DNA of 63,873 nt, filler included. It is 9 parts of 9 records of this genome, joined end to end, with 100 filler letters (N's around TTAATTAATTAA, not from the genome) between each part and the next. Parts side by side here need not be neighbours in the genome. Positions count along the whole stretch, not along the records: positions 1 to 7,211 come from SRR20825010_1712; positions 7,312 to 10,841 come from SRR20825010_1723; 7 more parts are not named here. One strand, given 5' to 3'. The notes below the pieces were generated by a model. It saw only the letters and a program-made list of their open reading frames with translations, had not been told where the DNA came from and ran no database searches. Position numbers and translations under genes: made by a program. Below are positions 1-10,300 of this stretch, in pieces. The first letter of the stretch is position 1. Every line of letters starts with the position of its first letter.

Positions 1-1034
1 ATCAGCCCGTCGCCGGTGGTGGCGTAATCGGTCATCACGATATGGCCCGACTGTTCCCCGCCAAGGTTCCAGCCCCCCGCGCGCATCGCCTCGACCACAT
101 AGCGGTCGCCGACCTTGGTCCGTTCCAGTCGCAAACCGCGATCCCCCAGAAACCGTTCCAGGCCGAGGTTCGACATCACCGTGGCGACCAGGGTGCCGCC
201 CTTCAGGCGGTCCTCTTCGGCCCAGCGGGCCGCCAACAGCGCCATGAACTGATCGCCGTCGGCCACGCGCCCGTTTTCGTCGATCATCAGGATCCGGTCG
301 GCATCGCCATCCAGACACAGACCCACGTCCGCACCGTGGCGGCGCACCGCCTCTACCGCAGCCGCCGGTTTGGTCGATCCGCAATTGTCGTTGATGTTCA
401 GACCATTGGGCTCGGTGCCCACGGTCACGACATCGGCCCCCAGTTCCCATAGGACTTCTGGCGCGGTCTTGTAGGCGGCACCGTTGGCGCAATCCACCAC
501 CACCTTGATCCCGTCCAGCCGCAAACCCGATGGCAAGGTGCCTTTGACCCGTTCCTGATAGCGAAAGCGGCCATCGTCGATGCGTCGCGCGCGGCCGATA
601 TTGTTAGGTTGTGCAGGGCGCACGCCTGCCAGAACCATGGCCTCGATTTCGGCCTCGACATCATCGGATAGCTTGAACCCGTCGGGCCCAAAAAACTTGA
701 TCCCGTTGTCGGCGGCGGGATTGTGGCTGGCGGAAATCATGATGCCCAGATCGGCGCGCATCGAGGTGGTCAGCAGACCCACGGCGGGCGTGGGGACCGG
801 ACCCAGCAGCAGCGCGTTCATCCCGGTCGAGGTCAGACCGGCGGTCAGCGCGTTTTCAAACATGTAACCAGACAGCCGCGTGTCCTTGCCGATGACAACC
901 CGGTGCACGCCGCTGTGTTCGTTGCGAAAATACCGTCCGACCGCGGCGCCCAGCATCAGGGCCAACTCTGCGGTCATGGGATATGCATTGGCGGTTCCGC
1001 GAACACCGTCGGTGCCGAAAAGCGTGCGGCTCAT
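1..1034 (-). CDS. glmM: Phosphoglucosamine mutase (3' truncated by window edge; absent from ORF track)
   Basis: Manual translation from ATG at 1034: [13 protein letters not shown]...[12 protein letters not shown]...MISASHNP (phospho-Ser motif). Start overlaps the folP stop (ATGA). Confidence 0.95.
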   Translation of the reverse strand, partial: MSRTLFGTDGVRGTANAYPMTAELALMLGAAVGRYFRNEHSGVHRVVIGKDTRLSGYMFENALTAGLTSTGMNALLLGPVPTPAVGLLTTSMRADLGIMISASHNPAADNGIKFFGPDGFKLSDDVEAEIEAMVLAGVRPAQPNNIGRARRIDDGRFRYQERVKGTLPSGLRLDGIKVVVDCANGAAYKTAPEVLWELGADVVTVGTEPNGLNINDNCGSTKPAAAVEAVRRHGADVGLCLDGDADRILMIDENGRVADGDQFMALLAARWAEEDRLKGGTLVATVMSNLGLERFLGDRGLRLERTKVGDRYVVEAMRAGGWNLGGEQSGHIVMTDYATTGDGL

Positions 1035-2044
1035 GGATAGGTTCCTTGTGCAATGGCCCGCCAGACGGCAAGCGCCTGCGCGGTTTCGGAGACATCATGG
1101 ACGCGGACAACCTGCACGCCCTGCGCGGCAACGGCCTGCGCCACGGCAACTGATCCAAAGGTGCGCTCGGCAGGTGTTTCTGCACCGCTGATCGTGCCGA
1201 TGAACCGTTTGCGCGACGCGCCGACCAGAACGGCGCAGCCGATCCCGTGGAACAGCGCGATGTTTTGCAGGATCGTCAGGTTGTGTTCGATCCGTTTGCC
1301 AAAACCGATGCCCGGATCGACCAGAATGCGGGAACGGGGAATGCCGGTTTCCACCAGCATGGCAACCTGCGCGGCCAGAAAGTCATACACGTCCAGCAAT
1401 ACGTCGTCATAGCGCGGGTCGCTCTGCATGGTTTCGGGATCGCCGCGCGCATGCATCACGCAGACGGGCAGCCCGTGGTCGCGGCAATACCGCGCCAGCA
1501 TCGGGTCAAAAGTGAACCCGGAAACATCGTTGACCAATGCCGCACCCGCGCGCACGGCGGCCTCTGCCACCGAGGATTTGCGCGTGTCGATGGAAATCGG
1601 CGTGGCGAGTTCGCGGCTGAGTGCGGTGATCACCGGCTCGACCCGGGCGATCTCTGCCTCATGTGGGACGGTCAAGGCGCCCGGGCGGGTGCTTTCGCCG
1701 CCGATATCTATGATGTCAGCGCCGGCAGCGGCCATTTCATGCGCGCGCTGAACGGCCTGAGAGGCGGTCTGGTGCAGGCCCCCGTCCGAGAAACTGTCCG
1801 GCGTGACATTGAGAATGCCCATCACGCGCGGCCGGTCAAACACCAGCCCAGCCATCGGCGTGCGCGGTGCCGAAAGTCGTTCGCGAAAGTCGTCGGGGAT
1901 CTCGTCGACAGAGACAGTTTGCGGCGCGCGATCGCGGGATAGGCGGACAGCATGGGAAAACCAGCCGGGCCCGCCAGCAAGGTCAATCGCCTCGGCAGGG
2001 CGGGGGCCGTCAAAACGGACAATCGGGCGAAAATAAACGCACAT
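1031..2044 (-). CDS. folP: Dihydropteroate synthase
   Basis: [43 protein letters not shown] and RVHDV motifs; typical folP-glmM order. Confidence 0.96.
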   Translation of the reverse strand: MCVYFRPIVRFDGPRPAEAIDLAGGPGWFSHAVRLSRDRAPQTVSVDEIPDDFRERLSAPRTPMAGLVFDRPRVMGILNVTPDSFSDGGLHQTASQAVQRAHEMAAAGADIIDIGGESTRPGALTVPHEAEIARVEPVITALSRELATPISIDTRKSSVAEAAVRAGAALVNDVSGFTFDPMLARYCRDHGLPVCVMHARGDPETMQSDPRYDDVLLDVYDFLAAQVAMLVETGIPRSRILVDPGIGFGKRIEHNLTILQNIALFHGIGCAVLVGASRKRFIGTISGAETPAERTFGSVAVAQAVAAQGVQVVRVHDVSETAQALAVWRAIAQGTYP

Positions 2045-2083
2045 ATCGACTGACTGACCGATAAGCCCGGCCTTGGCAAGCAG

Positions 2084-3022
2084 TTAGAAAAGCGCAGCAC
2101 CCTCTGGCACCGCGCGCGCCGCGACGGGCGGAGACTCGGGCAATTCTTCGCCGATGACCAACAGTTCGCAGGCTTCCAGTTCGCCCGCGAACCAGCCCGC
2201 CAGCGCGACGGAGTCGCGGGGTTGAAAACGGGGGCCCTCGGTCGCATCCAGTACGATCTTGGACGGGGCCCAGACACAGATCTGCCCGTGCCGCATGGCC
2301 CAGTCCAATTCGGTTCGGGTGGCCACCACTTTGGCGCGTGGATCACGGGCGGCAAGGCACCAGCCGTTTTGTTCGATGGCCAGCAGATCAATCCGGCGCT
2401 GGGTCATCTTGTGGCGGGTCTGAGGCACCGGCAGATCGGGGCGTCCGACACACAGGATCAGCGGCGCGCGGCGCGTCTCCAGCTCATCCAGCCAGTCGGT
2501 CAGGCGCGGATCGGCGATGGCGGCGTTTGACAGGTAGACGACGCGCGGGTGCGGCCGTTCTTGTGCCACCGCCTCGGCCACGGCGTTCAGGTGATCGGCC
2601 ACATCGCGCCGGGCGCGCACGATCTCTACCCCCAGCGCGCCGGGACCGCGATCCAGCTTTTCAATGCGCACAAAGGCACGCAGCGCCTGTGGTTCCAGCA
2701 GAATCCGTTCGGCGATGCGTTCGGCCAGCGTTTCCAGCAGGTTCAGCCGCTCTTCGGCCAATTCATATTCGATCGCCTCTGTCACCCGGTCGTAGGACAG
2801 GATGCGGTCGACATCATCGTCCAGCGGGCCGGTAAAGGGGATCACCTCGACCACCACGTTGAATTGCACGCGCTGCGTTGTGCCACGTTCGGCCTGAAAG
2901 GCGCCAATCTCGACCTCGACAATATGATCGCGGACAGAGATCCGGTCATGCGGCGTGTCGCCTGCGGTGGCGATGCTGCGTTCGGACGGGTGGGCAAAGG
3001 CTAGGCGGATGTCACTGGGCAT
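2084..3022 (-). CDS. folB: Dihydroneopterin aldolase with long C-terminal extension
   Basis: N-terminal FolB motifs (IGAFQAERGTTQRV, SYD, NLLETLAERIA, VRIEKLD); upstream of folP; ~170 extra residues. Confidence 0.85.
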   Translation of the reverse strand: MPSDIRLAFAHPSERSIATAGDTPHDRISVRDHIVEVEIGAFQAERGTTQRVQFNVVVEVIPFTGPLDDDVDRILSYDRVTEAIEYELAEERLNLLETLAERIAERILLEPQALRAFVRIEKLDRGPGALGVEIVRARRDVADHLNAVAEAVAQERPHPRVVYLSNAAIADPRLTDWLDELETRRAPLILCVGRPDLPVPQTRHKMTQRRIDLLAIEQNGWCLAARDPRAKVVATRTELDWAMRHGQICVWAPSKIVLDATEGPRFQPRDSVALAGWFAGELEACELLVIGEELPESPPVAARAVPEGAALF

Positions 3023-3060
3023 AGCGGCCCCTCTTGGAATGCGTCGCGGCGCAACCTACG

Positions 3061-3100
3061 AAAAAGGGCGCACAACGGCCAGCCGCGTACGCCCCTTTTT
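3061..3100. terminator. Probable (bidirectional) intrinsic terminator after the cell wall hydrolase gene
   Basis: AAAAAGGGCG...CGCCCCTTTTT imperfect stem flanked by A and T tracts. Confidence 0.55.
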
Positions 3101-3128
3101 CGCCCTCTGGCGACGGATTGCCGACCGT

Positions 3129-3815
3129 CTACTGGCCGCGCCAGGTGTGGCGGTAAAAGATGTGAACGCCGTGGGCGTAGGTCTTGGTGTATTTCCGCGA
3201 CCAATCGGGCGACACCCATGTGGCATGGTAGTGCGTGGCCCCTTTGGTGAACCCCTTGCTCTTGCCGTCCAGCGCCGCGCGGGCCACCTTGCCGACCCGG
3301 TCCCAAGAACGCGGATCGTCGATGTGTTCGGGGCGGCCATCGCAGGTATAGGTGAACTGGCAGGCGAACTTGCGGCCTGTGCCCTGATTGACGACACCGC
3401 AGATCGAACTGGGGAACCGCTTGGACGCGACCCGGTTGATGATCACCTCGGAGACGGCAAACAAGCCTTCGACGGTTTCGCCGCGGGCCTCGAAATACAG
3501 CGCCTCTGCCAGACAGCGCCATTGTGCGCCGCCCTTGGCCTTGGGCTGTTTGGCAATCCAGGCTTCGTCATATTTGGTGCTCTTGCCTGTGACCGCGCCG
3601 GCAGCGGCGGGAATGGGTGCGACAGGCGTCACAAGCCCCTTGAGATGGTTGGTGCCCACACGGGCCAGCGCGCGGCTTTCAAGCGTCATCAGCGTCTGTG
3701 CGCTGCGGGCCGGGTCGGCAAAAGCCGGGCTGGACACTGTGGTCAAAGGAGCAGCAGCCAGAGCGAAGGCCGCAAGAAACAGGCCCCGGCGAAGGGCAGT
3801 GATAAACGCGTTCAT
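3129..3815 (-). CDS. Cell wall hydrolase, SleB/Hydrolase_2 family, exported
   Basis: CLAEALYFEARGE, VIINRV, CQFTYTCDG, GATHYHA and HIFY motifs; signal-peptide-like N-terminus; start placed at ATG 3815 behind a GG-rich RBS. Confidence 0.9.
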   Translation of the reverse strand: MNAFITALRRGLFLAAFALAAAPLTTVSSPAFADPARSAQTLMTLESRALARVGTNHLKGLVTPVAPIPAAAGAVTGKSTKYDEAWIAKQPKAKGGAQWRCLAEALYFEARGETVEGLFAVSEVIINRVASKRFPSSICGVVNQGTGRKFACQFTYTCDGRPEHIDDPRSWDRVGKVARAALDGKSKGFTKGATHYHATWVSPDWSRKYTKTYAHGVHIFYRHTWRGQ

Positions 3816-3996
3816 GTCGAAAATTCCCCCAATCGACCATGCGTTGCGCGGTGCCTCACGCCGCACAACGGAGAAATTCATACAGAAAAATGATCAGTCG
3901 GTAAAGATTACGGCATGTCGCGGCTGCCGCCGGCGGGTTGGCGGTCCGTCAAGGTGGACGGCCAACGGCCTGACGGCCCTTGGTTTCCTAGAGTTT

Positions 3997-6561
3997 TCAG
4001 CCTGAGGTCAGGCCCCGGTCACGCAGCGCAAGGTGTGCGGCGGCAAGCCGGGCGACCGGCACACGAAACGGCGAACAGCTGACGTAATCCATGCCTGCGG
4101 CTCTGCAAAATGCAATCGATTCGGGGTTGCCGCCGTGCTCGCCGCAGATCGACAGGGTTACGGTCTGGTTGGTCGAGCGGCCACGCTGTACGCCCGTGGC
4201 GAGCAACTCGCCCACGCCGTCGACATCGAGCACATGAAACGGGTCTTCGCTGAACACACCCTGCTGCACATAATCTGACATGAACCGCCCGGCGTCGTCG
4301 CGCGACAGGCCGTAGGTCATCTGGGTCAGGTCGTTGGTGCCGAAGGACAGAAAATGTGAATAGGGCGCAATTTCATCGGCGCGCAGGCAGGCGCGGGGGG
4401 TCTCGACCATCACGCCCATGCGATAGGTAAAGTCACGTCCGCGTTCGGTGCGCACCGCGGCGGCGACTGCCTCGATCCGTGTGCGGACCAGCTCGACCTC
4501 GCGTTTGGCGGACACCAGCGGCAACATGATCTCTGGCACCACTGGCGCGCCCTCGCGGCTGGCGTCCAGCGTGGCCTCGAAGATGGCGCGCGTCTGCATG
4601 TCGTAGATTTCCGGCACGGTGATCCCCAAACGCACGCCGCGCAGGCCCAGCATGGGGTTGTATTCGCCCATCGCCTCGACCCGGCGGGTCACGTCCGAGA
4701 CCGGAAGGTTCAGCGCCTCTGCCAGATCGCGCAGACCGGCGCGGTCGGTGGGCAGGAATTCGTGCAGGGGCGGATCGAACAGCCGTATGCAGACAGGAAG
4801 CCCCTCCATGATGCGAAAAAGCTCTGTAAAGTCATTGCGTTGCATGGGTAGCAATAGCGCGAGCGCGGCCTGCCGGTCCTCGACCGTGTCGGCAAAGATC
4901 ATCTCACGCATCGGGGTGATGCGGTCGGATTCAAAGAACATGTGTTCGGTCCGGCAAAGACCAATGCCCTCGGCGGCAAAGTTGCGCGCGGTGGCGGCAT
5001 CGGCAGGGGTGTCGGCATTGGCCCGCACCCCGATGTCGCGCGCCGCATCCGCCCAGCCCATCAGCGTGTTGAACGCCTCATCCAGCGCCGCCTCGACCAT
5101 TTCGGGACTGCCGCGCAGCACCTGACCAGAGGTGCCGTCCAGTGTGATCACATCGCCTTCGCGATAGGTTTGGCCGTCTTCGCCCTGAAACGTCTTGCGC
5201 TGCGGGTTGAAATGCAGCCGCGCGGCGCCGACGACGCAGGGCAGGCCAAGGCCACGTCCGATAACGGCGGCGTGGCTGGTCATGCCGCCTCGTTCGGTCA
5301 GCACACCCACCGCCGCATGCATGCCCCGCACGTCCTCGGGTGAGGTTTCGCGGCGGACAAGGATACAGGGTTCGTTGCGCGCCGCGCTGGCCTGCGCTTC
5401 GGATGAGGAAAAGACCAGCCGCCCGGTGGCTGCGCCCGGAGAGGCCGCAACACCGCGCCCGATGACCTCACGTCGCGCTTCGGGGGCAACCTGACGGTGC
5501 AACAGTTCGCTGACGGCGCGGGGTTCAATCCGCAGGACTGCGTCTTCCTGATTGATGATTCCCTCTTCGGCAAGGCGCACCGCAATCGCAAGCGCCGCGC
5601 GGGACGAGGCCTTGACCCGCACGCCGTCGAGGATGTGTAACTGGCCGTTCTGAAGGGTGAATTCGATCTGCATTTCGGCGCGCAGACGGCGGCGCATGAG
5701 ATCGGCGTGGCTGGTGAGCGCGGCAAAGGCCTGCGGGGCCAGTTCCTCTAGCGAAGGGCCGCGCGGGTCGCGGGTCAGGTACAGGCTTTCGCTGCCGCCC
5801 TGCAGGGCCTCGCGTCCCTGACTTTGGCTGAGGTAGCGTCCGGTGATCTGGCGCTGGCCGGTGTCCGAATTGACCAGTTGAAGCACGCCAGAGCCGGTTT
5901 CGCCGCGCCCCTGTCCCAGACCCAGTGCCATTTCCTGCACCACCAGACCAAGACCCGCGTCGACCGGCGCGCCTTTGGCCTGTCGCAACAGGCGGGCAGA
6001 GGTGCCCTCCCACGCGCGGGCCATGCTGCGCAGAACCTCACGCAGCTGGCGCGCGGGGTCTTGGGGAAAGGTTTCCTCGGCTTCTTCCTCATAGGCGCGC
6101 AAGGCGGCGCTCAGCCCGGCGGCGCCGGTGTCCTCGATCTCATCGAACAGGTCGGGGTCCAGACGTGCGACATGGATGGCATAGGCCTGCACAAACCGCA
6201 GGTAGAGCCCGGCGGCGGCGTCCTGACCGATACGGTCGGCCAGATCGACATAGCGGGCGTCATTCATGCCGATATTGAGGATCGCGCCGGGGCCGCCCCA
6301 ATCGGGGTCTTCGGAGGAGGGGCGCACGCAGAGCAGGGCCTCTGGCTCAAAGGCATCTACCAAGGCAGGCATGTCGGGAAACCGTCCGGCGGCGATGCGG
6401 TGGACGGCATCAAATGACAGCGCCACGGTGCGTGGAACCGGCAGATCCAGACGCACGAGACGCTGAAGGCATTTCGCGCGTCCGCCATGGGTTGGCGTGG
6501 ACATCGGCGCATCGGCGGTGATGACCGTGATGTTCGGGTTCTGGTGATCGGGTTTCTGCAC
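3997..6561 (-). CDS. ppdK: Pyruvate phosphate dikinase-like PEP-utilising enzyme (divergent N-terminal domain)
   Basis: GGMTSHAAV phospho-His motif, EGIGLCRTEHMF, NPMLGLRGVR, FSFGTNDLTQ-like and ICGEHGG motifs; follows glyS as usual in alphaproteobacteria. Confidence 0.88.
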   Translation of the reverse strand: MQKPDHQNPNITVITADAPMSTPTHGGRAKCLQRLVRLDLPVPRTVALSFDAVHRIAAGRFPDMPALVDAFEPEALLCVRPSSEDPDWGGPGAILNIGMNDARYVDLADRIGQDAAAGLYLRFVQAYAIHVARLDPDLFDEIEDTGAAGLSAALRAYEEEAEETFPQDPARQLREVLRSMARAWEGTSARLLRQAKGAPVDAGLGLVVQEMALGLGQGRGETGSGVLQLVNSDTGQRQITGRYLSQSQGREALQGGSESLYLTRDPRGPSLEELAPQAFAALTSHADLMRRRLRAEMQIEFTLQNGQLHILDGVRVKASSRAALAIAVRLAEEGIINQEDAVLRIEPRAVSELLHRQVAPEARREVIGRGVAASPGAATGRLVFSSSEAQASAARNEPCILVRRETSPEDVRGMHAAVGVLTERGGMTSHAAVIGRGLGLPCVVGAARLHFNPQRKTFQGEDGQTYREGDVITLDGTSGQVLRGSPEMVEAALDEAFNTLMGWADAARDIGVRANADTPADAATARNFAAEGIGLCRTEHMFFESDRITPMREMIFADTVEDRQAALALLLPMQRNDFTELFRIMEGLPVCIRLFDPPLHEFLPTDRAGLRDLAEALNLPVSDVTRRVEAMGEYNPMLGLRGVRLGITVPEIYDMQTRAIFEATLDASREGAPVVPEIMLPLVSAKREVELVRTRIEAVAAAVRTERGRDFTYRMGVMVETPRACLRADEIAPYSHFLSFGTNDLTQMTYGLSRDDAGRFMSDYVQQGVFSEDPFHVLDVDGVGELLATGVQRGRSTNQTVTLSICGEHGGNPESIAFCRAAGMDYVSCSPFRVPVARLAAAHLALRDRGLTSG

Positions 6562-6850
6562 TGCAGCACCTCCGGAGTGAGGTGCAGCATAGGCGCTGCG
6601 GACGGCTTGGCAAGGCGGGAAAAGGGCGCGGAGCAGAGGTCTTGCGGCGCTGCAACATGGCGGGCGGTTTGCCCCGGTTTAGACGTGCGCCTTTGGGCGC
6701 GGCCTGTGGCACGGTGCGCTATCGGGGCCGGCGGCCGTGTGTCCTGCCACGGCAGAGAAGATGCGTATTTGGGCCAAGAAGACGCCGAAGGGCGGGCAGC
6801 CTGTTGGTCGGATGCCCGCGTTGATCCCGTTGCTTTGGTGAGTTGGTGGT

Positions 6851-6872
6851 ACCAGCGCCCTACGGCGCTGGT
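6851..6872 (-). terminator. Hairpin immediately after the glyS stop
   Basis: ACCAGCGCC-CTAC-GGCGCTGGT perfect 9-bp stem; no strong U tract. Confidence 0.45.
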
Positions 6873-6880
6873 TCGGGGTC

Positions 6881-7211
6881 TTACCCTTCGATCTTGGTCA
6901 GGTCGGCGACCTGCAGGCAGGTCTTGCGGATGCTGCCCAGCATGTTCAGGCGGTTGCGGCGCACGATCTGGTTTTCCGCGTTCACCTGAACCGCCTCAAA
7001 GAAAGCGTCGATCGGCGCGCGCAGATCGGCCATAGCCGCCATAGCGGTCTCAAACTCCTCAGCGGTCATTGCCGGTGCGATGCGGGTTTCTGCCGCCTGC
7101 AGGGCTGTGAACAGTGCGCGTTCCTCATCGACTTCGGCGAATTTGACGTCCGCGCCAAAGCTGTATTCGACGCCATCCTTGTCCTCGGCCTGGGTGAGGA
7201 TGTTGTTGGCG
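6881..7211 (-). CDS. glyS: Glycine-tRNA ligase beta subunit, C-terminal fragment
   Basis: LRAPIDAFFEAVQVNAENQIVRRNRLNML...ADLTKIEG anticodon-binding C-terminus; truncated at linker. Confidence 0.92.
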
Positions 7212-7311
7212 NNNNNNNNNNNNNNNNNNNNNNNNNNNNNNNNNNNNNNNNNNNNTTAATTAATTAANNNNNNNNNNNNNNNNNNNNNNNNNNNNNNNNN
7301 NNNNNNNNNNN
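7212..7311. other. Artificial contig linker
   Basis: 44 N + TTAATTAATTAA (stops in all six frames) + 44 N. Confidence 0.99.
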
Positions 7312-7835
7312 CCCAGCCACATCAGGAACATCGTGCCGCCGACCAGCGTGATCATGCAGGATGCACGGAAGTACCAGCCCGGATCGGTCACAAGGTCGCC
7401 CGCCTCTAGGCTGACGGCCAGACCGTAGGACTGAATCACCGCCAGCGCCACTGTGCCGAACCGGGTGTACTGGTTGATCTTTTTGCGGCCCTGTTCGCCC
7501 TCTTTCTTGAGCTGCTCCAGCGCCGGCACCATGGCCGTCAGAAGCTGCACCATGATCGAGGCCGAAATGTAGGGCATAATGCCCAAGGCAAAGATCCCCA
7601 TGCGTCCCAGCGCGCCGCCGGTGAACATTGACACCATGCCGGCCACGCCCTGCCCCGCCTGATCCACAAACTCGCGCAGCGCCGCACCATCGATCCCCGG
7701 CACCGGAATATAGGTGCCAAGGCGATAGACGATCAAAAGAGCGAGGGTGAAGAAGATGCGATTGCGCAGGTCGGTTGCTTTGCCAAGCGCCGCCCAGCTT
7801 GTGTTGGCGGCCATTTGCTCTGCTGCGGATACCAT
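7312..7835 (-). CDS. secY: Preprotein translocase SecY (3' truncated)
   Basis: YRLGTYIPVPGID, IFALGIMPYISASI and EGEQGRKKINQYTR motifs; downstream of rplO. Confidence 0.97.
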
Positions 7836-7854
7836 GCGGATCTCTCTTTTCGCT

Positions 7855-7890
7855 AAAACGCCGCCCGGACGGTCTTCCGTCGGGCGGCGT
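7855..7890 (-). terminator. Intrinsic terminator/attenuator-like hairpin between rplO and secY
   Basis: Minus strand ACGCCGCCCGACGG-AAGA-CCGTCCGGGCGGCGT-TTT. Confidence 0.6.
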
Positions 7891-7971
7891 GCGTTGGAAA
7901 ACTGAGCGACATGTAAGGGGCTGAGCCGTCACTCACAAGTCACGATTGCGCCGCAGGTGCGGCGCTATGCG

Positions 7972-8442
7972 TTATTCCGTGGCTGCCGCTGCGGCGACGG
8001 TCAGCGAACCGCCCTTGCCTGCAACTGCTTCAATCGCCGATTTGGACGCGCCGGTGACTGCGATGGTCAGGGCTCCGGTGATGTCGCCTTTGGCCAGAAC
8101 GCGAATCCCGTCCAGCTTGCGGCGCACCAGACCGGACTCGACCAGCGTGTCTTCGGTGATGGTTGCGGCGTCCAGCTTGCCTGCGTCGACAAACTTCTGG
8201 ATCAGGCCCAGGTTGACGACAGCATATGCCTTGCGGTTCGGCTTGTTAAAGCCACGCTTGGGCAGACGTTGGTACAGCGGCATCTGGCCGCCCTCGTAGC
8301 CATTGATGGCCACACCCGAACGCGATTTCTGACCCTTGATACCACGACCACCGGTTTTACCCTTGCCCGAACCGGCACCACGGCCGATGCGTTTCTTGGT
8401 CTTGGTTGCGCCGGGATTGTCCCGGAGTTCATTCAATTTCAT
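7972..8442 (-). CDS. rplO: 50S ribosomal protein L15
   Basis: [26 protein letters not shown] and [16 protein letters not shown]; start MKLNEL at 8442 with GGAG RBS. Confidence 0.98.
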   Translation of the reverse strand: MKLNELRDNPGATKTKKRIGRGAGSGKGKTGGRGIKGQKSRSGVAINGYEGGQMPLYQRLPKRGFNKPNRKAYAVVNLGLIQKFVDAGKLDAATITEDTLVESGLVRRKLDGIRVLAKGDITGALTIAVTGASKSAIEAVAGKGGSLTVAAAAATE

Positions 8443-8563
8443 GTCGCTTCTCCATTGCCGGATGTGACCCTCGAAGCGGAATGGGTCAACCACGGCTTAT
8501 CTTGATACTGTGAATCGGGTCCATAGGACCACCGGGGGCGTATAGCGCCGGCACGCAACCGTT

Positions 8564-9016
8564 TCAAGTGTCGATACGCCCGTGCCGAAAGGCATTGTAT
8601 CCGCCCTCGGCCAGCATGACGCGGACACTGGGAAACGACAGCCCCAGTTCGGACAGCGCCCCCGCTTCGGTGCGGTGCACCGACACCTCCAGCAACCCGC
8701 TATAGTCCGCAAGCGATTGGTACATCCGTGCCAGACCAAAGGCCACGTCGCTAGGGGCCAGAATGACCGTCCGGATCGGCGGGGTGTCTTTCGGAATCGC
8801 CCGCCCGACCCCCATCAGGATGGTATTGACCTGCTCAAAGTTCAATTCCATCGCTGTCGCATCCGACATGTCGATCAGTTCCGTCCGTCCCAGCCTGTAG
8901 TCCGGGTCGTCCATATAAACCTGATAGATGTCAGCGAACTGAGCCGCCCGCATCGGCCCGAAATAGCGCGCATACAGCAGGTCGAGATCGGGAGAGATGC
9001 AATAGGAGATGGGCAT
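8564..9016 (-). CDS. Hypothetical protein, STAS/SEC14 (SpoIIAA-like) type
   Basis: Pattern LIDMS...AP SDVAFGLARMY...V.RTEAGALSELG typical of SpoIIAA-like small proteins; RBS GAGGA. Confidence 0.65.
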   Translation of the reverse strand: MPISYCISPDLDLLYARYFGPMRAAQFADIYQVYMDDPDYRLGRTELIDMSDATAMELNFEQVNTILMGVGRAIPKDTPPIRTVILAPSDVAFGLARMYQSLADYSGLLEVSVHRTEAGALSELGLSFPSVRVMLAEGGYNAFRHGRIDT

Positions 9017-9025
9017 GAACTGTCC

Positions 9026-10234
9026 TCAGCCTAACCGGATCGGCAGCGTCGCATAACCCCGGAACCGCGCCAGCGGCACCCGCGTGCGTTGCCCGTTCGA
9101 GGTCATGTTAGGAAATCGCTGCACAAACCGGCCCAAGGCAATCCGCCCCTCCACACGCGCCAAACTTGCACCAAGGCAGACGTGGATGCCACTGATAAAG
9201 GCAATGTGACGGTTGGGCTTGCGGGTGATGTCGACACGGTCCGGGTCAGGAAACACTTTTGGGTCGCGATTGGCCCCGGCGATGGAGGTGTGAATGTAGG
9301 TGCCCTTTGGCAGCACGCCGTCCGACAGCGCGATGTCCTCCCCCGCCAGACGGTTGCCGATCTGCAGGGGCGACTCCACCCGCAGGAACTCTTCGACCGC
9401 CGGAGCGATCAGTGTCGGGTCGTCCAGCAACAGACGGTGCTGGTCGGGGTTATCCAGCAACAGCCCAATAGAGTTGCCGACAAAGCTGGTCGTCGTCTCG
9501 TGGCCCGCGTTCAGCAGAAAGATGCAGTTCTGGATCAATTCCTCTTGCGTCAGACGTCGCCCGTCGTGCTCGCCAAAGATCAGCGCCTCCAACACTTCTC
9601 CCTCATGCGCGCCGTCCGGATTGCGGCGCCTGTGGTCGATCAGATCGCCTAGGATCTCGCCAAATTCTGTGACTGCGGTGTTCCCCGCCGCGAGTCGATC
9701 AGCCGGCACAACCGGGTCCAGCGCACCCAAGATCGCCAGCGAATACCCCCGCAGACGCGCGCGATACTCCGGCGGGATGCCCAGCATGAAACTGATGATC
9801 TCGGTCGGCAATTCCTTGGCAAAATCCTCGATCAGGTCCAACTCTCCCAGATCCTCGACCCGGTCCAGCAGTCGGTCGACGATCCCGCCGATCAGCGGCT
9901 CGAACTCGGCCAGTTTGCGGGGTGTGAACGCGCCGGAAATCAGCTTGCGCACCACCGTGTGATAGGGCGGATCGTTAAAGATCAGAGAGGTCGTGTGATG
10001 GGTGTGCAGTGGACAGCGTCCGAACTTTTCACCAAAGGCCTCTGTCTTGTCCGACAGCATATCGCGGCTCTGATAGACCTTCGTACAATCGTCATGCCGC
10101 GTCAGGTAAACAGATCCATCCGCATTGCGGTGGATCGGACTTTCGGACCGCAGACGGTGCAACACCGGATGCGGGTTCTCGATGAAATCAGGTCCGATCG
10201 TGTTGAGATCGAAACCCGCAATGTCCAACGCCAT
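9026..10234 (-). CDS. Cytochrome P450
   Basis: DPPYHT, I-helix AGHETT, ExxR (EFLR), heme ligand FISGIHVCLG. Confidence 0.96.
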   Translation of the reverse strand: MALDIAGFDLNTIGPDFIENPHPVLHRLRSESPIHRNADGSVYLTRHDDCTKVYQSRDMLSDKTEAFGEKFGRCPLHTHHTTSLIFNDPPYHTVVRKLISGAFTPRKLAEFEPLIGGIVDRLLDRVEDLGELDLIEDFAKELPTEIISFMLGIPPEYRARLRGYSLAILGALDPVVPADRLAAGNTAVTEFGEILGDLIDHRRRNPDGAHEGEVLEALIFGEHDGRRLTQEELIQNCIFLLNAGHETTTSFVGNSIGLLLDNPDQHRLLLDDPTLIAPAVEEFLRVESPLQIGNRLAGEDIALSDGVLPKGTYIHTSIAGANRDPKVFPDPDRVDITRKPNRHIAFISGIHVCLGASLARVEGRIALGRFVQRFPNMTSNGQRTRVPLARFRGYATLPIRLG

Positions 10235-10300
10235 AAAAAGCCTCCCGCAGTCAGACTGCGGGAGGCAAAGGGTTTCTGCAAGTGATAGGTTGCCCTTGCG

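Noticed and set aside
6755-6790. GCGTATTTGGGCCAAGAAGA resembling a roseobacter intergenic repeat
   Set aside because: Only one copy in the window, so repeat status cannot be shown from this sequence.
7256-7267. Repeated TTAATTAATTAA motif occurring eight times
   Set aside because: Artificial six-frame-stop linker inside N runs; not biological and not a CRISPR repeat.
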